A DNA stretch of 64,000 nt, taken from Octopus sinensis. Taxonomy: Eukaryota. The position numbers and the translations under genes are program-made. The notes beneath the pieces are model-generated. The model was not told where the DNA came from and did no database searches. It saw only the letters and a program-made list of their open reading frames with translations. This document shows, piece after piece, positions 40,509 to 53,965 of this stretch; within the stretch, counting starts at the first letter, position 1; each line of letters starts with the position of its first letter. The DNA is taken from positions 47,616,001-47,680,000 of the forward strand of contig NC_043000.1 of the NCBI RefSeq assembly GCF_006345805.1, read 5' to 3'.

Positions 40509-41373
40509 TGTAGCAGAAGTATGATTATCATTCGCCCGATTAGGCTTAAATGCTCGAATATTGTTTTCTACAAGTGGTCACATGACCTGGTCACATAATG
40601 GTCGTGTCCTGCCTTTACGTGGGGTCTTATCCCATCACGTGACAGACCAGCCGAGCGTGGGCAAATTAGGTTTGTACACTGGAGCATACCATCAGCTTTA
40701 AAAGGGGGAATCTTTCCCGCTCTTCTTCAGTGAGATGGGAAAGCACGATTGAAGATAGGAGAGTTATTCAGCAGAGAGCTTTGACGTGCTGTTGTGTTCC
40801 GTCAAGCACACATCAAGTACCAACTGCATGAGAAACCAATATGTATATTTTCTGACAGTATCATTCATGTTGTGCCAACGTTTGCTATATAGGCGCAGGA
40901 GTGGCTGTGTGGTAAGTAGCTTGCTTACCAGTCACATGGTACCGGGTTCAGTCCCACTGCATGGCACCTTGGGCAAGTGTCTTCTACTATAGCCTCGGGC
41001 CGACCAAAGCCTTGTGAGTGGATTTGGTAGACGGAAACTGAAAGAAGCCCGTCGAATATATGTATATATATATATATATGCGTGTATGTCTGTGTGTCTG
41101 TGTTTGTCCCCCTAGCATTGCTTGACAACCGATGCTGGTGTGTTTATGTCCCCGTCACTTAGCGGTTCGGCAAAAGAGACAGATAGAATAAGTACTGGGC
41201 TTAGAAAGAATAAGTCCCGAGGTCGAGTTGCTCGACTAAAGGCGGTGCTCCAGCATGGCCGCAGTCAAATGACTGAAACAAGTAAAAGAGAGAGAGTATC
41301 TTCGATTTGGCTTTTGAATAAAGTGTGGCAGTCAATTATAACTTCTTTACTTGCATTTCTTTTTCCTGCTATA
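40509..41373 (+). mobile_element. Possible solo LTR interrupted by SINE B (40893-41290)
   Basis: Starts TGTAGCAG, ends CTGCTATA; TATA-like TTTAAAA near 40698; AATAAA at 41317; no matching TSD. Confidence 0.3.
40893..41290 (+). mobile_element. Full-length SINE family B
   Basis: Highly similar to 40005-40400. Confidence 0.9.
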
Positions 41374-41478
41374 CCTGAATCATTTGGAACCAGGAAATTA
41401 TAATGTAAAGTCATAAATGGAGAAGAAATAGAATTGAAAAGATACGATTGTTGTTAGAAATATTGAGCATCCAGTAAG

Positions 41479-42100
41479 TGTTATGACAAGAATTCCGGGC
41501 GTTGTGAGTGTTTATTGAGCGAAAACACCTAAAAGTTCCACGAGGGTCCGGCAGGGGATGGTGGTGATCCCTGCTGTACTCTTTCACCACAACTTTCTCT
41601 CACTCTTACTTCCTGTTTCTGTTGTACCTGTATTTCAAAGGGCCGGCCTTGTCACTCTCTGTGTCACGCTGAATATCCCCGAGAACTACGTTAAGGGTAC
41701 ACGTGTCTGTGGAGTGCTCAGCCACTTACACGTTAATTTCACGAGCAGGCTGTTCCGTTGATTCGGATCAACCGGAACCCTCGTCGTCATAACCGACAGA
41801 GTGCTTCCATCCATGGCAAGAATTATGACACACACCCACCCCCCGTGAGAATGAACTAGCCGAATTCGTATAAGTAGCAGCATGTTTGACTGAGAGCGAG
41901 AAATCGCAGGAAGTTGAAAGGTGCCGTTCGTGAGTTCATGGAGTCGCAGGAAAGTGTTGAGATGTTGTTATAGTTCGTTGAGAGTTGTTTGGGATTGGTT
42001 ACACTTGTTGGCAGAGTATTTGGGAATACATCAAGTAGAGACAGTTGGTCTCTACCCCCGTTCCGTGCTACTATATATCACACAGTATTAGTGCACGACA
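41479..42100 (+). mobile_element. Possible solo LTR interrupted by SINE C (41495-41815, CAAGAATT duplication)
   Basis: TGTTATG ... CACGACA imperfect termini; TATAAG near 41869; internal GTCGCAGGAA repeats. Confidence 0.3.
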
Positions 42101-42175
42101 CTAAAGTGACGTATAACTAATCGCGTTATAAAAGTAAGCAAAGCAACATTTAAACGCAAATATGTTAGACAAAGT

Positions 42176-42430
42176 GGAGGCGCGTGGCTTAGTGGTTGGG
42201 GTGTCAGCACCATGATCGTAAGATTGTGGTTTCGATTCCTGGACCAGGCGATGCGTTGTGTTCTTGAGCAAAACACTTCATCTCACGTTGCTCCAGTCCA
42301 CTCAACTGGCAAAAATGAGTAACGCAGTGATGGACGGGCGTCCCGTCCAGTTGGGGAACACATACGCCATAGAAACCGGGAAACTGGGCCCATGAGCCTG
42401 GCTAGGCTTTAAAAGGGCGCATTTATTTTT
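42176..42430 (+). mobile_element. tRNA-derived SINE family D
   Basis: GGAGGCGCGTGGCTTAGTGGTT...GGTTTCGATTCCTGG...TTCTTGAGCAAAACACTT; relative at 61263-61560. Confidence 0.85.
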
Positions 42431-43089
42431 ATTTTATTTATGTTAAACATAGTCTTCATTATGGATAATCTAATATTATCAGTATTAGCTTAACACCAAG
42501 TAATGATAAAACATAGCTTAAGTGGCCACAAATACTTTAATATAATTAATCTTAGATACACTATGCCTAAAAAACACAGGACGATCAGTGGTGAAATGCC
42601 TTTTATTGTAGTTCCTTTCAATTTAAACTGATTTAGAGTTAGACTATAGCAGTAACTACAAGATGTTGTCTTACGATGTTGCTTTTGCTGTTGATTAACC
42701 CTAGAACAACTGTAATCGATTAAACTCATATTTAGAGGTATTCTAGTTGTAATAATTCTATCTTTTTAGACCTGTGTATTTAATTCATTTCTATAATATT
42801 TAATTTATTTCTTTTTTTAAGACAGTAGAATGGTATTTAGAGGAGTTTTGGCTCCCAGTTTTAGTAAGCCGAGTGACCACGTAGAAGCTTCTTCTACAGC
42901 CTGGCTTAATATGTGAAAATGTATTGTTTCTGACTGACGTCATAGAAATGAAGATTTATATTCTAAATAGTAAATACGAAACTGTGTCATAATTCGATGA
43001 TTTTGTTAGATGAAGCAATAGAAAACGCACGAAAAGGAAAGAAGCGAAGTACTTTATCAGAATGTTAAACCACAGCGTGGCAACTAAAG

Positions 43090-43380
43090 CAAGCGTCTTC
43101 TGCTATAGCCTCGGGCTGACCAAAACCCTTGTGAGTGGATTTGGTAGATGGACATTGAAAGGCGCTCCTTGTGTGTGTTTCTCTCCCACCACCATTCGAC
43201 AACTGGTGTTGGTGTGTTTATGTCCCTGAGATTTGGAAGTTCATCAAAAGAGACTGATAGAATAAGAAGCAAGCTTTAAAAATACAAGTACTGCAGCCGA
43301 TTCATTCGACAGAAACTTCTCCATGGCTGTGCCCCAGCATGGCCGCATTCTGATGACTGAGACAAGTAAAAGATAGATAA
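43090..43380 (+). mobile_element. 5'-truncated, diverged SINE family B
   Basis: GTCTTCTGCTATAGCCTCGGGCTGACC...GACTGAGACAAGTAAAAGA. Confidence 0.7.
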
Positions 43381-43699
43381 AAGATATACATAACAATAAC
43401 CTTGGAGCGTACATTATGAATGTACTGGATGAGCGCTGCCCAACCACAAACGATTTAAAATTTTCTTTATCATGATTATGTTCTCTCATTATAGTGGTCT
43501 AATTTCGTTATAATCTGTTTTAAATCTTATAATATACCTATACTAAGAAACAAGGATTGAAGTTGAAAGCGTATTATATATATTTTAATTTGATTTTAGT
43601 TTAATTTTTAATTATGATTTTATACATGTTAGGTTTTTTGGTGTATTTGTGTTTATATTGTCGTAAGTGTTATTTCGTCTTATTTCGTCTTTAAATGCG

Positions 43700-44130
43700 G
43701 TAATATAAGGCTGGAAGATCCTGGAAGGAATTGTGCCAAATTTTGACATTGAAAGCTACACCAATGCCAGAACGGGACAACACTGCATAGTGCCAAAGGT
43801 CCCAGCAATGCCATCAGGCTTCAGGACCAGTTACTGCATCAGCCTGGGTTTCAAGGGCCCCACAGCTTTTTAATATTCTGCCAAAGAGTCTGAGGAACTT
43901 GCACAAACCAGATGCAGGGGTTTTTAAATCAAAGCTGGACCTCTTCCTGTCGAGAGTCCCAGATGAACCTACCTCACAGCAAGAGGTGCAAATGAGGGTA
44001 GCTATATCAAACTCCATTCTTCACCAAGTGCCACATATTAGAGGAGGCTTTTAGTAATAACAGCGTAGCAAAACGGTGGTGCATCAGCAAGGCCACAGCT
44101 CTGAGCTGAAACTAGAGAAAAAAAAAGAAA
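43700..44130 (+). mobile_element. CR1-like LINE 3' end
   Basis: WKILEGIVPN...GFKGPQLFNILPKSLRNL...FKSKLDLFLSRVPDEP, typical of the CR1 ORF2 C-terminus. Confidence 0.8.
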
Positions 44131-44635
44131 TAGCTTAAATTTTAATTGCTTCTTCCTTAGTAATATTTATACTAGCATAATAGGCTCACTACAAAAGAAC
44201 ATCATGCGATGAGAAACACCACACACCGCTGAAAATATGAACAATAAAACAAAGTATTAAAAGGTACATGTGAGAGATGTTTGTTACTTGTAGTAAACTT
44301 CGAAATCTTAATTAAGAATAAAGATTGCAGAAGACTGCCGGTTAGTCACGTTAATTTACATTGTTTTGGTCACATCCGTATAGGCTAGAAAGACATGGAT
44401 CTGTAACGTTCGACTTGGTATTCAAAATGATCATGATCGTACAACGTAAACTGAAAAGCGTTCATATATCATAGAGATTTAGAAGTTATAATGATAAGGA
44501 AGAGTGGTTTATTGATTAGTAGATGTATTTCTGAATGCAACGAACAGCGAAGAGTGATAGAAAGACAAAAGGGAATGCATCCTTTGAAAAGTGTTGAGAG
44601 TTTAGCCATTTGATATTTTATGTATAATAATAATG

Positions 44636-44714
<79 letters not shown>

Positions 44715-44779
44715 GAAGAAGAAGAAGAAGAAGAAGAGAAGAAGAAGAAGAAGAAGAAGAAGAAGAAGAAGAAGAAGAA

Positions 44780-46725
44780 ATTCTGTAAATATGAGATCAT
44801 AGAGAACCACACTGATTTTGAACAGTGACAATGGATCTCTAAATGCTGGAGATGTAAGAATTTCATGTGGCATTTTCCAGGGTGACTCTCTATCATCACT
44901 CCTCTTTTGTCTGGCCTTAATAACTCTCAAAATTGCTCAATGATGTACAGTATGGTTATAAAATGTTTGATAAAAATACAAATCATCTCATTTACATGGA
45001 TGATTTAAAGCTCTTTGCAAAAAAGGACCAACAACTCAAGGGCTTACTAGCGATTGTTAAACAATTCAGTGATGACATCAGGATGTAATATGGCTTCGAT
45101 AATGGGCAAAAGCAACCTGTATCAAAGGAAAAATGGCAGAAACATCTAACGTTAACCTTGACCAGCAGAATGTCATAAAAGAGTTAGAACCAGCGGAGAG
45201 ATACAAATACCTAGGGATAATTGAAGGGGACGGAATCAAGCATTCAGGGATGAGGTAAAGGATCAGAAGAGAATGTTATCACAGGATAAGAGCAATACAG
45301 AGCTGAATGCAAGAAAAAGGATCGAAGCGATCAATGCTTTAGCCATACCAGTCGTGACTTACAGTTTCAATATCCTTAACTGGTCAATTACTGAAATATG
45401 TAATCTTGACAGAAAAATGCGAAAACTGTTGACAATGCATAGAATGCACCACCCTAAGGCAGATATAGAACGACTTTATCGGCCAAGAAAATAGGGAGGC
45501 CGTGGGCTTTTACAACTGGCATTAACAATGAAGATTGTCACAATAGGCCTAGACACCTACCTGAAAAAAACTGAGGACTGGATGTTAAAACTTGTCTCAA
45601 AACATGAAACCAAGAAAGCATCATACTCAGTAACAAAACAGGCAAAGGAATATCTAAGTGAATTCCAAATACAACGAATTCCGGAATTAGACATACTAGA
45701 AACAAGCACAGAAAAGGCTAAGCGCATGAAAACCTGTGCTAAAACTGCTGACTTAGATATTCTGACTGATAAATGGCAAGAAAAACCCCTCAATGGCAAA
45801 AACCTAAAGAGAGCGAATAATGCCGATGTTGACAAATCCCTTACCCATCAATGGCTAATGGCTTCTGGCTTAAAATCTGAAATAGAAGATTTAAGCATAG
45901 CACCCCGAGATCAATGCCTACCTTCAAGAAACCAGCAGGCTAACAAATTAAAGAACGGCAGCTTTCCAACATGTCATGTATGTCAACAACAAAATAAAAC
46001 TCTTGATCGTGTTGTCTCAATGTGCAGTCTCCTTGCGCCTACATAGTATCTCAACAGGCATGATAGAGCTGCACAATATATTCACTGGGTAATTTACAAA
46101 AACCTGGACTCGCCCCATGATAAAAACTGGTAGGAACACAAACCACCTCCAGTGCTTGAAACTGATTACATCTCACTCCTCTGGAACTTCACCATTCAAA
46201 CTGACAGAAAGATAGATGCAAATAGGCCAGACATTATATTGAAAGACTTCAGGCAAAAATTATTCCTCCTCGTTGATATGATTGTCTCAATCGATATAAA
46301 CGTATCTGTCAAGACCTACCAAAAACTGAACAAGTTTAAAGATCTTGAAATAGAAATTAGCAAAATGTTGTACCTGAAGACTAAAACAATACCTGTTGTC
46401 ATAGGTGCTCTGGGAATGATAGCAAAAGGAGCTGATTGCTACCTAGCTCAGATACCAGGAAACCCCAAACTGGCAGGAATTAAAAGATAATACTCTTGGG
46501 AACTGTCAATATCCTACGCAAAATACTTTCTATGTAATCTCAAATTTTAAAACAAACATAATTTTTTATGGTTTCTTAAACATTCTCTAGAACAACACTA
46601 TGTACAAAATCAAATATATGGCACCCTAGGCATAACACTAACATAAACTTCTAACTTGTTTTCTCTTGAGGTCTCGGGTGAGATTTAGAGCCAACTTGTA
46701 CAAATGCAAAGCAAAAACCAAATAT
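44780..46725 (+). mobile_element. 5'-truncated R4/Dong-clade non-LTR retrotransposon (RT core, CCHC finger, restriction-like endonuclease), decayed
   Basis: GIFQGDSLS, YMDDLKLFAK, CHVCQQQNKTLDRVVSMC..RHD, NRPDII..D, IPVVIGALG; flanked by (TAA)n on both sides. Confidence 0.92.
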
Positions 46726-47619
46726 ATAATAATAATAATAAAATAATAATAATAATATAATAATAATAATAATAATATAATAATAATAATAATAATATAA
46801 TAATAATAATAATAATGATAATAATAATAGCGACAACATTACCTGTGCCGTCAACACATTTGCACTGCCATGCTATAGTATATGTCACGTTCCAGCCCAA
46901 TAGCACATATCTGTGGTATTGAACTGGAACGTGACAAAACTAAATTCCGTAGACTGTATATACAAGAAATCTATTTGAAAAAAACTCGCTTACTACACAA
47001 TATGTCTGACACTCAAACAGTATACATCTATAGCAGCTAGGGAGTTGGTGGACTGTTTTTAGCACTAGGGAGCAGGTACTACTTCGTACGATTGTTGATT
47101 ATGATTTTAAAACTTCGCAAATCAATTACAAGAGCAGTATCAAAACTCTCTCGAGGAATTGGTTTAAATCTCGAACAGGTTGTATCTAAAGTAGCAGTAA
47201 AAAGGCCATACTGATGGTGCAAACCTCAGCTGTGGTGAACAACCGTAAAAAACATGCCTTTACATGCCAAATATTTTCACAATATGGATGTTCCCATAAA
47301 TTAATAAAAAGGATATATCTTTGATCTGGATGAATAAATCAAGTATAACATTTGCAATACAAGAGTAGGCCACTACTACTGTGTATAGTGAAATAAATAT
47401 TCAGAATTTCTACAATATAGATTATGTCATCTATGTGGAGAATTTCCTAAAACAAATCATTACATAGCATCAGAATGTCAACACGATCACTGACAAAATA
47501 TTCTTAGACACTGTACATTGCTCTATGTACACCGAGTGACCATTGTCTGCAGGTAATAGCTCTCTATTTCGCAAATCCACCCCCATCTGTCTCAGAATAT
47601 GACGATGTGATAATTATAG

Positions 47620-48170
47620 TTTCAAATTTAGATACAGAGCCAGTATTTTTGAGGGAAAGGGAAGTCGATTATATCGACCGCAGTACCTGATTAGTACTTA
47701 TTTTATGAACAACGAAATGATGGACGGCAAAGTCGATCTCGGTAGAATTTTAACTCAGAAAATTAAGACGGACAAAATGTTACTAAGAATTTTTGTCCGG
47801 TGTGCTAACTATTCTGCCAGCTGGTCACCTACATTGTGAAAATAATATAAAACGTTAGCATACTGACAGTAAATATGTATACCATAAGACATTCTCCTTT
47901 TCGAAAATAACCATGGTGTATTTATTATCAACATAGCAATAAGACGGTGAACTGGCAGAATCATTAGCACGCCGGGTAAAATACTTGGCGGCATTTCTTC
48001 TGTCTTTACGTTCTGAGTTCAAATTCCGCCGTCGTCAACTTTACCTTCATCCTTTCGAGGTCGATAAAATAATTACCAGCTGAGCCCGGGGGATGATGCA
48101 ACCGGCATACCTCTCCCTCGAAGTTGCTGGCGTTGTGCCAAAAATTGAAACCAATTATCAACATAGTATC
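47620..48170. mobile_element. Two SINE family A copies, head to head (47620-47830 minus, 47940-48170 plus)
   Basis: Core and head matches; a further minus-strand copy at 48720-48905. Confidence 0.75.
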
Positions 48171-48624
48171 ACTAAATAACAATAACCGTGTGCAGAACAG
48201 GGCTGTAAAATTTTAAAATTACATTGACCTAAAATATATTGTTTTTGTTAACGAATATGTATGTCCATCATCCCATTTGTAACTGGTACAACTGGAAGAG
48301 TATACCATTATTTCTGAAAGAACATTCACAAACACACCATAAAGAAAGATACAGGAACATAACAGAAAGATCAGTAAACATTATTAGGTCATTCTCACGC
48401 ATCATCTTTGAAATTTGAACATGTTGTTACACTTAAATATACATGTTAATCCTGAATATACTCCTTGACCTTGAATATTTCTGTTAACTCCAAATATCTG
48501 AATGCGTATTTAACATGGAATATTCTTGTTATACTGAACAATTCAATGCAAATTTTCCAAGTTGTACCGATAATTCTTGCTCTAAGGAATCTCTTGAGAG
48601 AATTTTCCAAAGCAAATAATAATA

Positions 48625-48688
<64 letters not shown>

Positions 48689-48969
48689 GATGATGATGAT
48701 GATGATGATGATGATAATTTTTTCTACTCTAGGCACGAGGCCCGAAATTTTTGGAGAGGGGACAGTCGATTAGATCGGCCCCAGTACGTAACTAGTACTT
48801 AATTTATCGATCCCGAAAGGATGAAAGGCAAAGTTTACCTCGGCGGAGTTTGAACTCAGAACGTAGCGGCTCACGAAACACCGCTAAGCATTTCGCCCAG
48901 CTTGCTAATGTTAATAATATTTTCTACTATAGGCACAAGGCCTGAAATTTTGGGGTAGTGGTTATATCT

Positions 48970-49225
48970 GTTCATTCTTATTCTTGGTAGAATTTATGTA
49001 GGTAACTAGTTACTGCCTGTAACCTTAGGTATCCACGATCTTTCAATAGTATTTCAAGTGCTTAACACCCTGCTGATAATCCTTCCTGTCCCTAAGTGGC
49101 AAATTTACTGTAGATACCCTACAGGGCTTCTATTCCAATCTCCTTCAACCAATTGTCTATATCTTTGCTTGTAGTTCCCAGTGCACCAATTATAGGCACA
49201 ACCTTTACAATTTTTGTATTCCAAA
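48970..49225 (-). mobile_element. R4/Dong-like 3' end fragment
   Basis: VVPIIGALGTTSKDIDNWLKEIGIE on the minus strand. Confidence 0.7.
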
Positions 49226-49302
49226 CAATTATCATTATTATTGTTGTTGTTGTTGTGTTGTTGTTGCTGTTGTTGCTGTTGTTGCTGTTGTTGTTGTTGT
49301 TG

Positions 49303-49985
49303 TCTTTGCACAGGTTTTAATGCTGGAGATGTACTACGGTGCCAGCTATTCACTACCAGGGAACTAAGGTAACACTCCTGATTTTTCGAGCACCTTCCGG
49401 AGTATTTGAGGGGTTCCAAGCAGTGCTGTTTTCTGCAAGTGCTCCACCTTTATTGGAGCCCCTATTTCTTCCATGTACTTCTCAAGATTTTTAATCAGTG
49501 TTCGCTGGGTTGTGACAATTATTGGTACTACTACCACTTTTTTCGGCAACTGCAACTACTTAACCTCCTAAGCTAATCTGTCATACCTATCGACTTTTCT
49601 TTCTTCCTTATCGCATACCTTGTTGTCAGCTAGGCATGCTATATCTATGATCCAGCATACTTTGTTTCTTTCTCAATTAAGTATATGTCAGGCTTTCTAT
49701 TCTCTATCTCATGGTCCACTGAATCATAAATCCCACAGGATCTTTGCACTTTTATTTTCGACGATGCCTTTGGGTTTGTGTTCTTACCAATATTTTGCTG
49801 TCAAGTTCATACTTGTTGCAAAGTGTCCAATGGATAAGCCTGGCTATATTATCGTGGCGTCTCTTATATTCCTTCTGGGCTAGTGACGTACATTGGCTAG
49901 TAATATGCCATATGGTTTCACCATTTTGTCCACAGACTGACATACAGACAAACAGACAGAAAAACAACCGGTGTCGGATAGTTTA
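49303..49985 (-). mobile_element. R4/Dong-like 3' fragment of a second subfamily, with an (AAC/CAG)n tail
   Basis: CGQNGETIWHITSQCTSLAQKEYKRRHDNIARLIHW and HLQKTALLGTPQILRKVLE. Confidence 0.85.
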
Positions 49986-52099
49986 CATTTGTTTTAGATG
50001 TATGTATTAGTATTTATTGCAAGAAACCGCTAGGTTTCTTTCTCTAACATTTTACATACTTCACCCTTACACAAGTTAATGTGTGAAAAACAAAACAGGA
50101 ATTTTGAAAGAAGTTTCTATAAAATTAGTTTTTAAAAACCGAATAACTATGGAGATCCACCGGAATAAAATAGTAATCAAAGGGTTCCATATGTTAAAAA
50201 AATGGTTGAGAACCCCTAATCTATAGAGTTTATTTCCTCGCATCTTTTGTGCAATGAGATTAAAGGTTTCTGGAAAATGTCTATAGTTTGAAAATATGTG
50301 GTCGAATTTATATTTATCGATGCCATGAATCTTCCCAAAAATGTTGTCACTCTTACTCAGCATTAATTCTAGGTACCACTATGTTGCCCGTCTACTAGAA
50401 AAGTGTGCAGCACCTCGCAGCAATCCAAATGCCTGGCAATCAATTCTGATTTTACATATGGTAGAACATAAGGACAAATTACAAAACCTAGGGTATTTTA
50501 CAAAATCAGAAACAGGAATAGAAAACAGCTGTATACAGAACAGATGAAACGTGGCATCCCATGGTAGGGTAACAGTCATTAGAGTTAATGAACGAAACTT
50601 ACAGATCTAGGTTTGCCATAATAGCTAGGAACGTGTTGCGGTGTACGTGGTTGTAAGGTTTGAGGGTAGATTCTTTCCACTCAGACCAAGATCTCATCAG
50701 TGTGAAAAGATCAGAGTAGAGAAAGAATAAGGTTGTGTCCTCCAATAAACTTCCATGGCTAAGCGAATTTAATTTTCTCTATCTAACAATGCGACTGTAA
50801 CCTGGCAGTAAAACCTGGGTGAAGGATTTTTTTTGGGGGGGAGGGGTTGTCAGAGTAATTCGACATTTTTTATGGAGTGCGTTGAATCGTACCGTGATTC
50901 CATTTGGGATCCCTTTTTCTCTAATTTTCTTCTTAATTGCTATTTTTATTTCTTGATATTTATGTATTAACCCTTCTGTATTGCTATTGTTAATTTTGCC
51001 TTTTTATACGATAGAAATACAACACTGATTTCGTTTTTGCTTTCTTTTGTCCTTGATCTCTTCCCAACACCTTCAGGTTTGTCACCAGAAAAAGAAATTA
51101 TAATAGAATTGATAATTATTATTACCGTTATCTATTATCATTATCGTCACCACTATTATTACTATGAACAATAACAAGGAACGACAACAATAGCACTTTT
51201 AACAAAAGCCAGAAAACCAACAGCAGCATCAATAACACCACCATCAGTGTAATACTGAAGATTTATTCTTTGCTAACTGAAGCAACACATGAACCTTTAG
51301 CATAATTGTTCGTATGAGATAATGAAGAAAAATGAGAAGAGAGAAGGAAGATAAGACTATTAAGAGAAATAAGAATTAGAAAATGAAGAAAATCTTCAAT
51401 ATAAAAATAATTTAATTATACTAAAAGAAGAAACATTCTGGCTCACAACGGATCCACAGAACACAAGTTCAATTAATAAGATCAGCATAAGAAAACGACG
51501 CAGTTAAACGGAATATCAAAACTGAAATAAAGAATACACATTATCAAACTTACCAGATATATGATTAAAGGAAAATTGTCCAATAATTTACACCATAATA
51601 TATAGTTCACAGTGTTTAATCAGCATCTATCAGACACAGCATAAGAGTTGTTTTGATATACGATCAAATAACATAATGTGAAGAATTTGTGGTACATCAG
51701 TAACAGTTCATGAAATGTTTATAGACCTCTAACATAATTTCTTTTGTGAAGCGTGGCATGCATCCATGTGTCAAGTACAAGACGTCACAGTCTCTACGTA
51801 GTGTTTACGCGAGTTACAAACCAAATTGCAGATATTCTCCCGGCAACTGCTCAACCCTGGATATTCTCTTGAAAATCTTTATTTTCATAACAATGTGATT
51901 GAAATCATTCTCCAAAATAAAGGATGTTAATTGGCTGCTAAAATGTATAGTGTGATGGGTTTTTTTCTTCTCGCTGCTTTCGTAGATTCCCATGACTCTC
52001 TGCCACCGTATAATTCCATTATTATGAATTAGAGTTGGGAGTTTGAGTCAGTGAATATTTCATTAGCTGATTACGCCGCCTCAATAGATGCGTTGCAGT

Positions 52100-52850
52100 T
52101 ACTCTCTTGACAGAGCTTAGTGATTCTGACTATTGATCTTCTCGGGTTCCTCCACTCAGCATCACTGTACGAAGCACCGTTGGCTGAGTTGAGCTCTTCC
52201 GATGCCTCTTTACAATCCGTCATGCTGCAGCCCCGTAACTTCGCCGTATCCCTGGCAAGCTGGCGGAATGAGTGCTATGCCTTGCCAAAGAGCAGACCGT
52301 AACTATGCAGAGCACGGTCGTCGTTCCGTGTAGGTGCCTCGTACCGCCAAATTTGATGGTACAAACGTGACAACTTAGAGATGTAAAATGGCTGCTGTGT
52401 GCAAGTGATAGTTTGTTTTAGTGTTAACATAGACAATTTTACCTGCAACTTACACCTTACTGCTGCTCGTGTTGATATCACTGTACAAATGTTGAAGTGG
52501 CTAATATACCACAGCGTAGCGACCAAATCAGAGTAGTCGAAGAAATTAGGTTACTGAGGACTCAGGTTCATCATGCAACAGTGCTGCCCAATGAAGTTGA
52601 TTCTGTTTACAACAATTCAAGACGTAGTCGATAGCAGGAAACCTAAATGCTACACATGCAGCAGAGCCGACCATCCCATGGCTTGCTACCCAATATGCAA
52701 GAAGAGAAGATTGAGTGACGCATCTTGCCACTATCAACGCTTAAATTAGAGCCACAATAAAGACCACACCAGCAACCGTAATTGCAGCAAGAACAATAAT
52801 CACCTGTGAATGATTGTATGGGGAATTATAATCAATAAAAAATTACACAG
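52100..52850 (+). pseudogene. Possible decayed LTR-retrotransposon gag
   Basis: AKFDGTNVTT*RCKMAAV at ~52346, and KCYTCSRADHPMAC(Y)P at 52645-52692 (CCHC knuckle with the last Cys one base away); different frames, many stops. Confidence 0.45.
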
Positions 52851-53369
52851 TCACACAAACATGTACACGTAAAAACAAGAAATACAAGAATATATAAACA
52901 TAGATATAGTACCTTCCTATATCTCAAATGAGGAACGTGTTTAAGAAAACAAGGTAGAACCAGAGCAAGAAGAGGATAGAAAGGATGGTAAAGAGGAAAA
53001 GAGAGGAGCATAAGAAACCAGATATACTATCTATTAAAAGATTGGTTGCGCATAAACTTGAACAAACTACAACTATCAGAATAAATAAAAGATATGGAAT
53101 CTAGAGTAGTAATGGATAGTTTGAGATTACAACTAGGACAGCTAGAACTGATTGTTATTGTGGGCAATGATTACGCTTTCAATATCCTCCTAAAAAACTG
53201 GGTGTGCACCACCTCGGCAAATTTCGTTACCGCATTTATGTCGAGAGCCACTTGGCAACAGTTCAAAAGACTATGTGGAAAGTACAGCATTTTAAAACTT
53301 TATTTTATTCTCTGTGATGCAATAAATTTTAGTAAACTAAACATATTCGCCCCCCATTATTATCGGCCC

Positions 53370-53775
53370 GAAAGGCGGCGAGCTGGCAAAATCGTTAGCA
53401 TGGCGGGCAAAATGCTTAGCAGCCTTTCGGTGTCGATAAATTAAGTACCAGTGAAAAGACTGGGGTCGATGTAATCGACTTGTCCCCACCCCAAAAGTTC
53501 AGGTCTTGAGCATTTAGCAGAAAGGATTATTCTCGGCTTGATTACACTAGTTGTGTTATAATATTATAATATATTGCTTTCGAATTTTGGCACAAGATCA
53601 ACCATCTCGCGGATAGAGTAAGTCGATTAGACAGACCTCCAGTTCACAACTGTTACTTATTTTATCGTAGCAAAGTTGACCTCGGTGGCATTTGAACTCA
53701 AAACGCAAAGTCAGACGAAATGCCGCTTAACATTTTACCCGGTATGCTAACAATTCTGCCAGCTCGCCGACTTAC
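53370..53775. mobile_element. Two SINE family A copies (53370-53530 plus, 53570-53775 minus)
   Basis: AGGCGGCGAGCTGGCAAAATCGTTAGCA head and the mirror head CTGCCAGCTCGCCG. Confidence 0.75.
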
Positions 53776-53914
53776 CGCCTTATGTAATAATAATATATTA
53801 TCATCAAGCTTAAATTGCTGCTGTCATTATTATATACATACATAGTTTATTATATCACAGTTTGCTTTCTTCATACTTTGTAGTAATATATTACTTAGAT
53901 TTCAAAGTCTTTCC

Positions 53915-53965
<51 letters not shown>

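Noticed and set aside
50076-50363. Protein-like 95-aa ORF
   Set aside because: It runs through a hAT-MITE-like end (TAGGGGTTCTCAACCATTTTT on the minus strand) related to 54798-55077.
50600-50790. Minus-strand open frame ending at CT|GTAAGT, and a plus-strand (Q)GCVL RT-like trace
   Set aside because: No convincing acceptor or homology; the two readings conflict and neither is supportable.
52700-52803. Minus-strand YGCWCG resembling the secreted PLA2 calcium loop, and a hydrophobic helix after an AG
   Set aside because: No following DxCCxxHD catalytic motif and stops nearby; best explained as antisense of the gag-like region.
52503-52850. Gln-rich plus-strand frame in which TAA/TAG could be read as Gln (ciliate-type code)
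   Set aside because: TGA stops also occur in the frame, and the zinc knuckle lies in another frame; the surrounding DNA is ordinary host repeat sequence.
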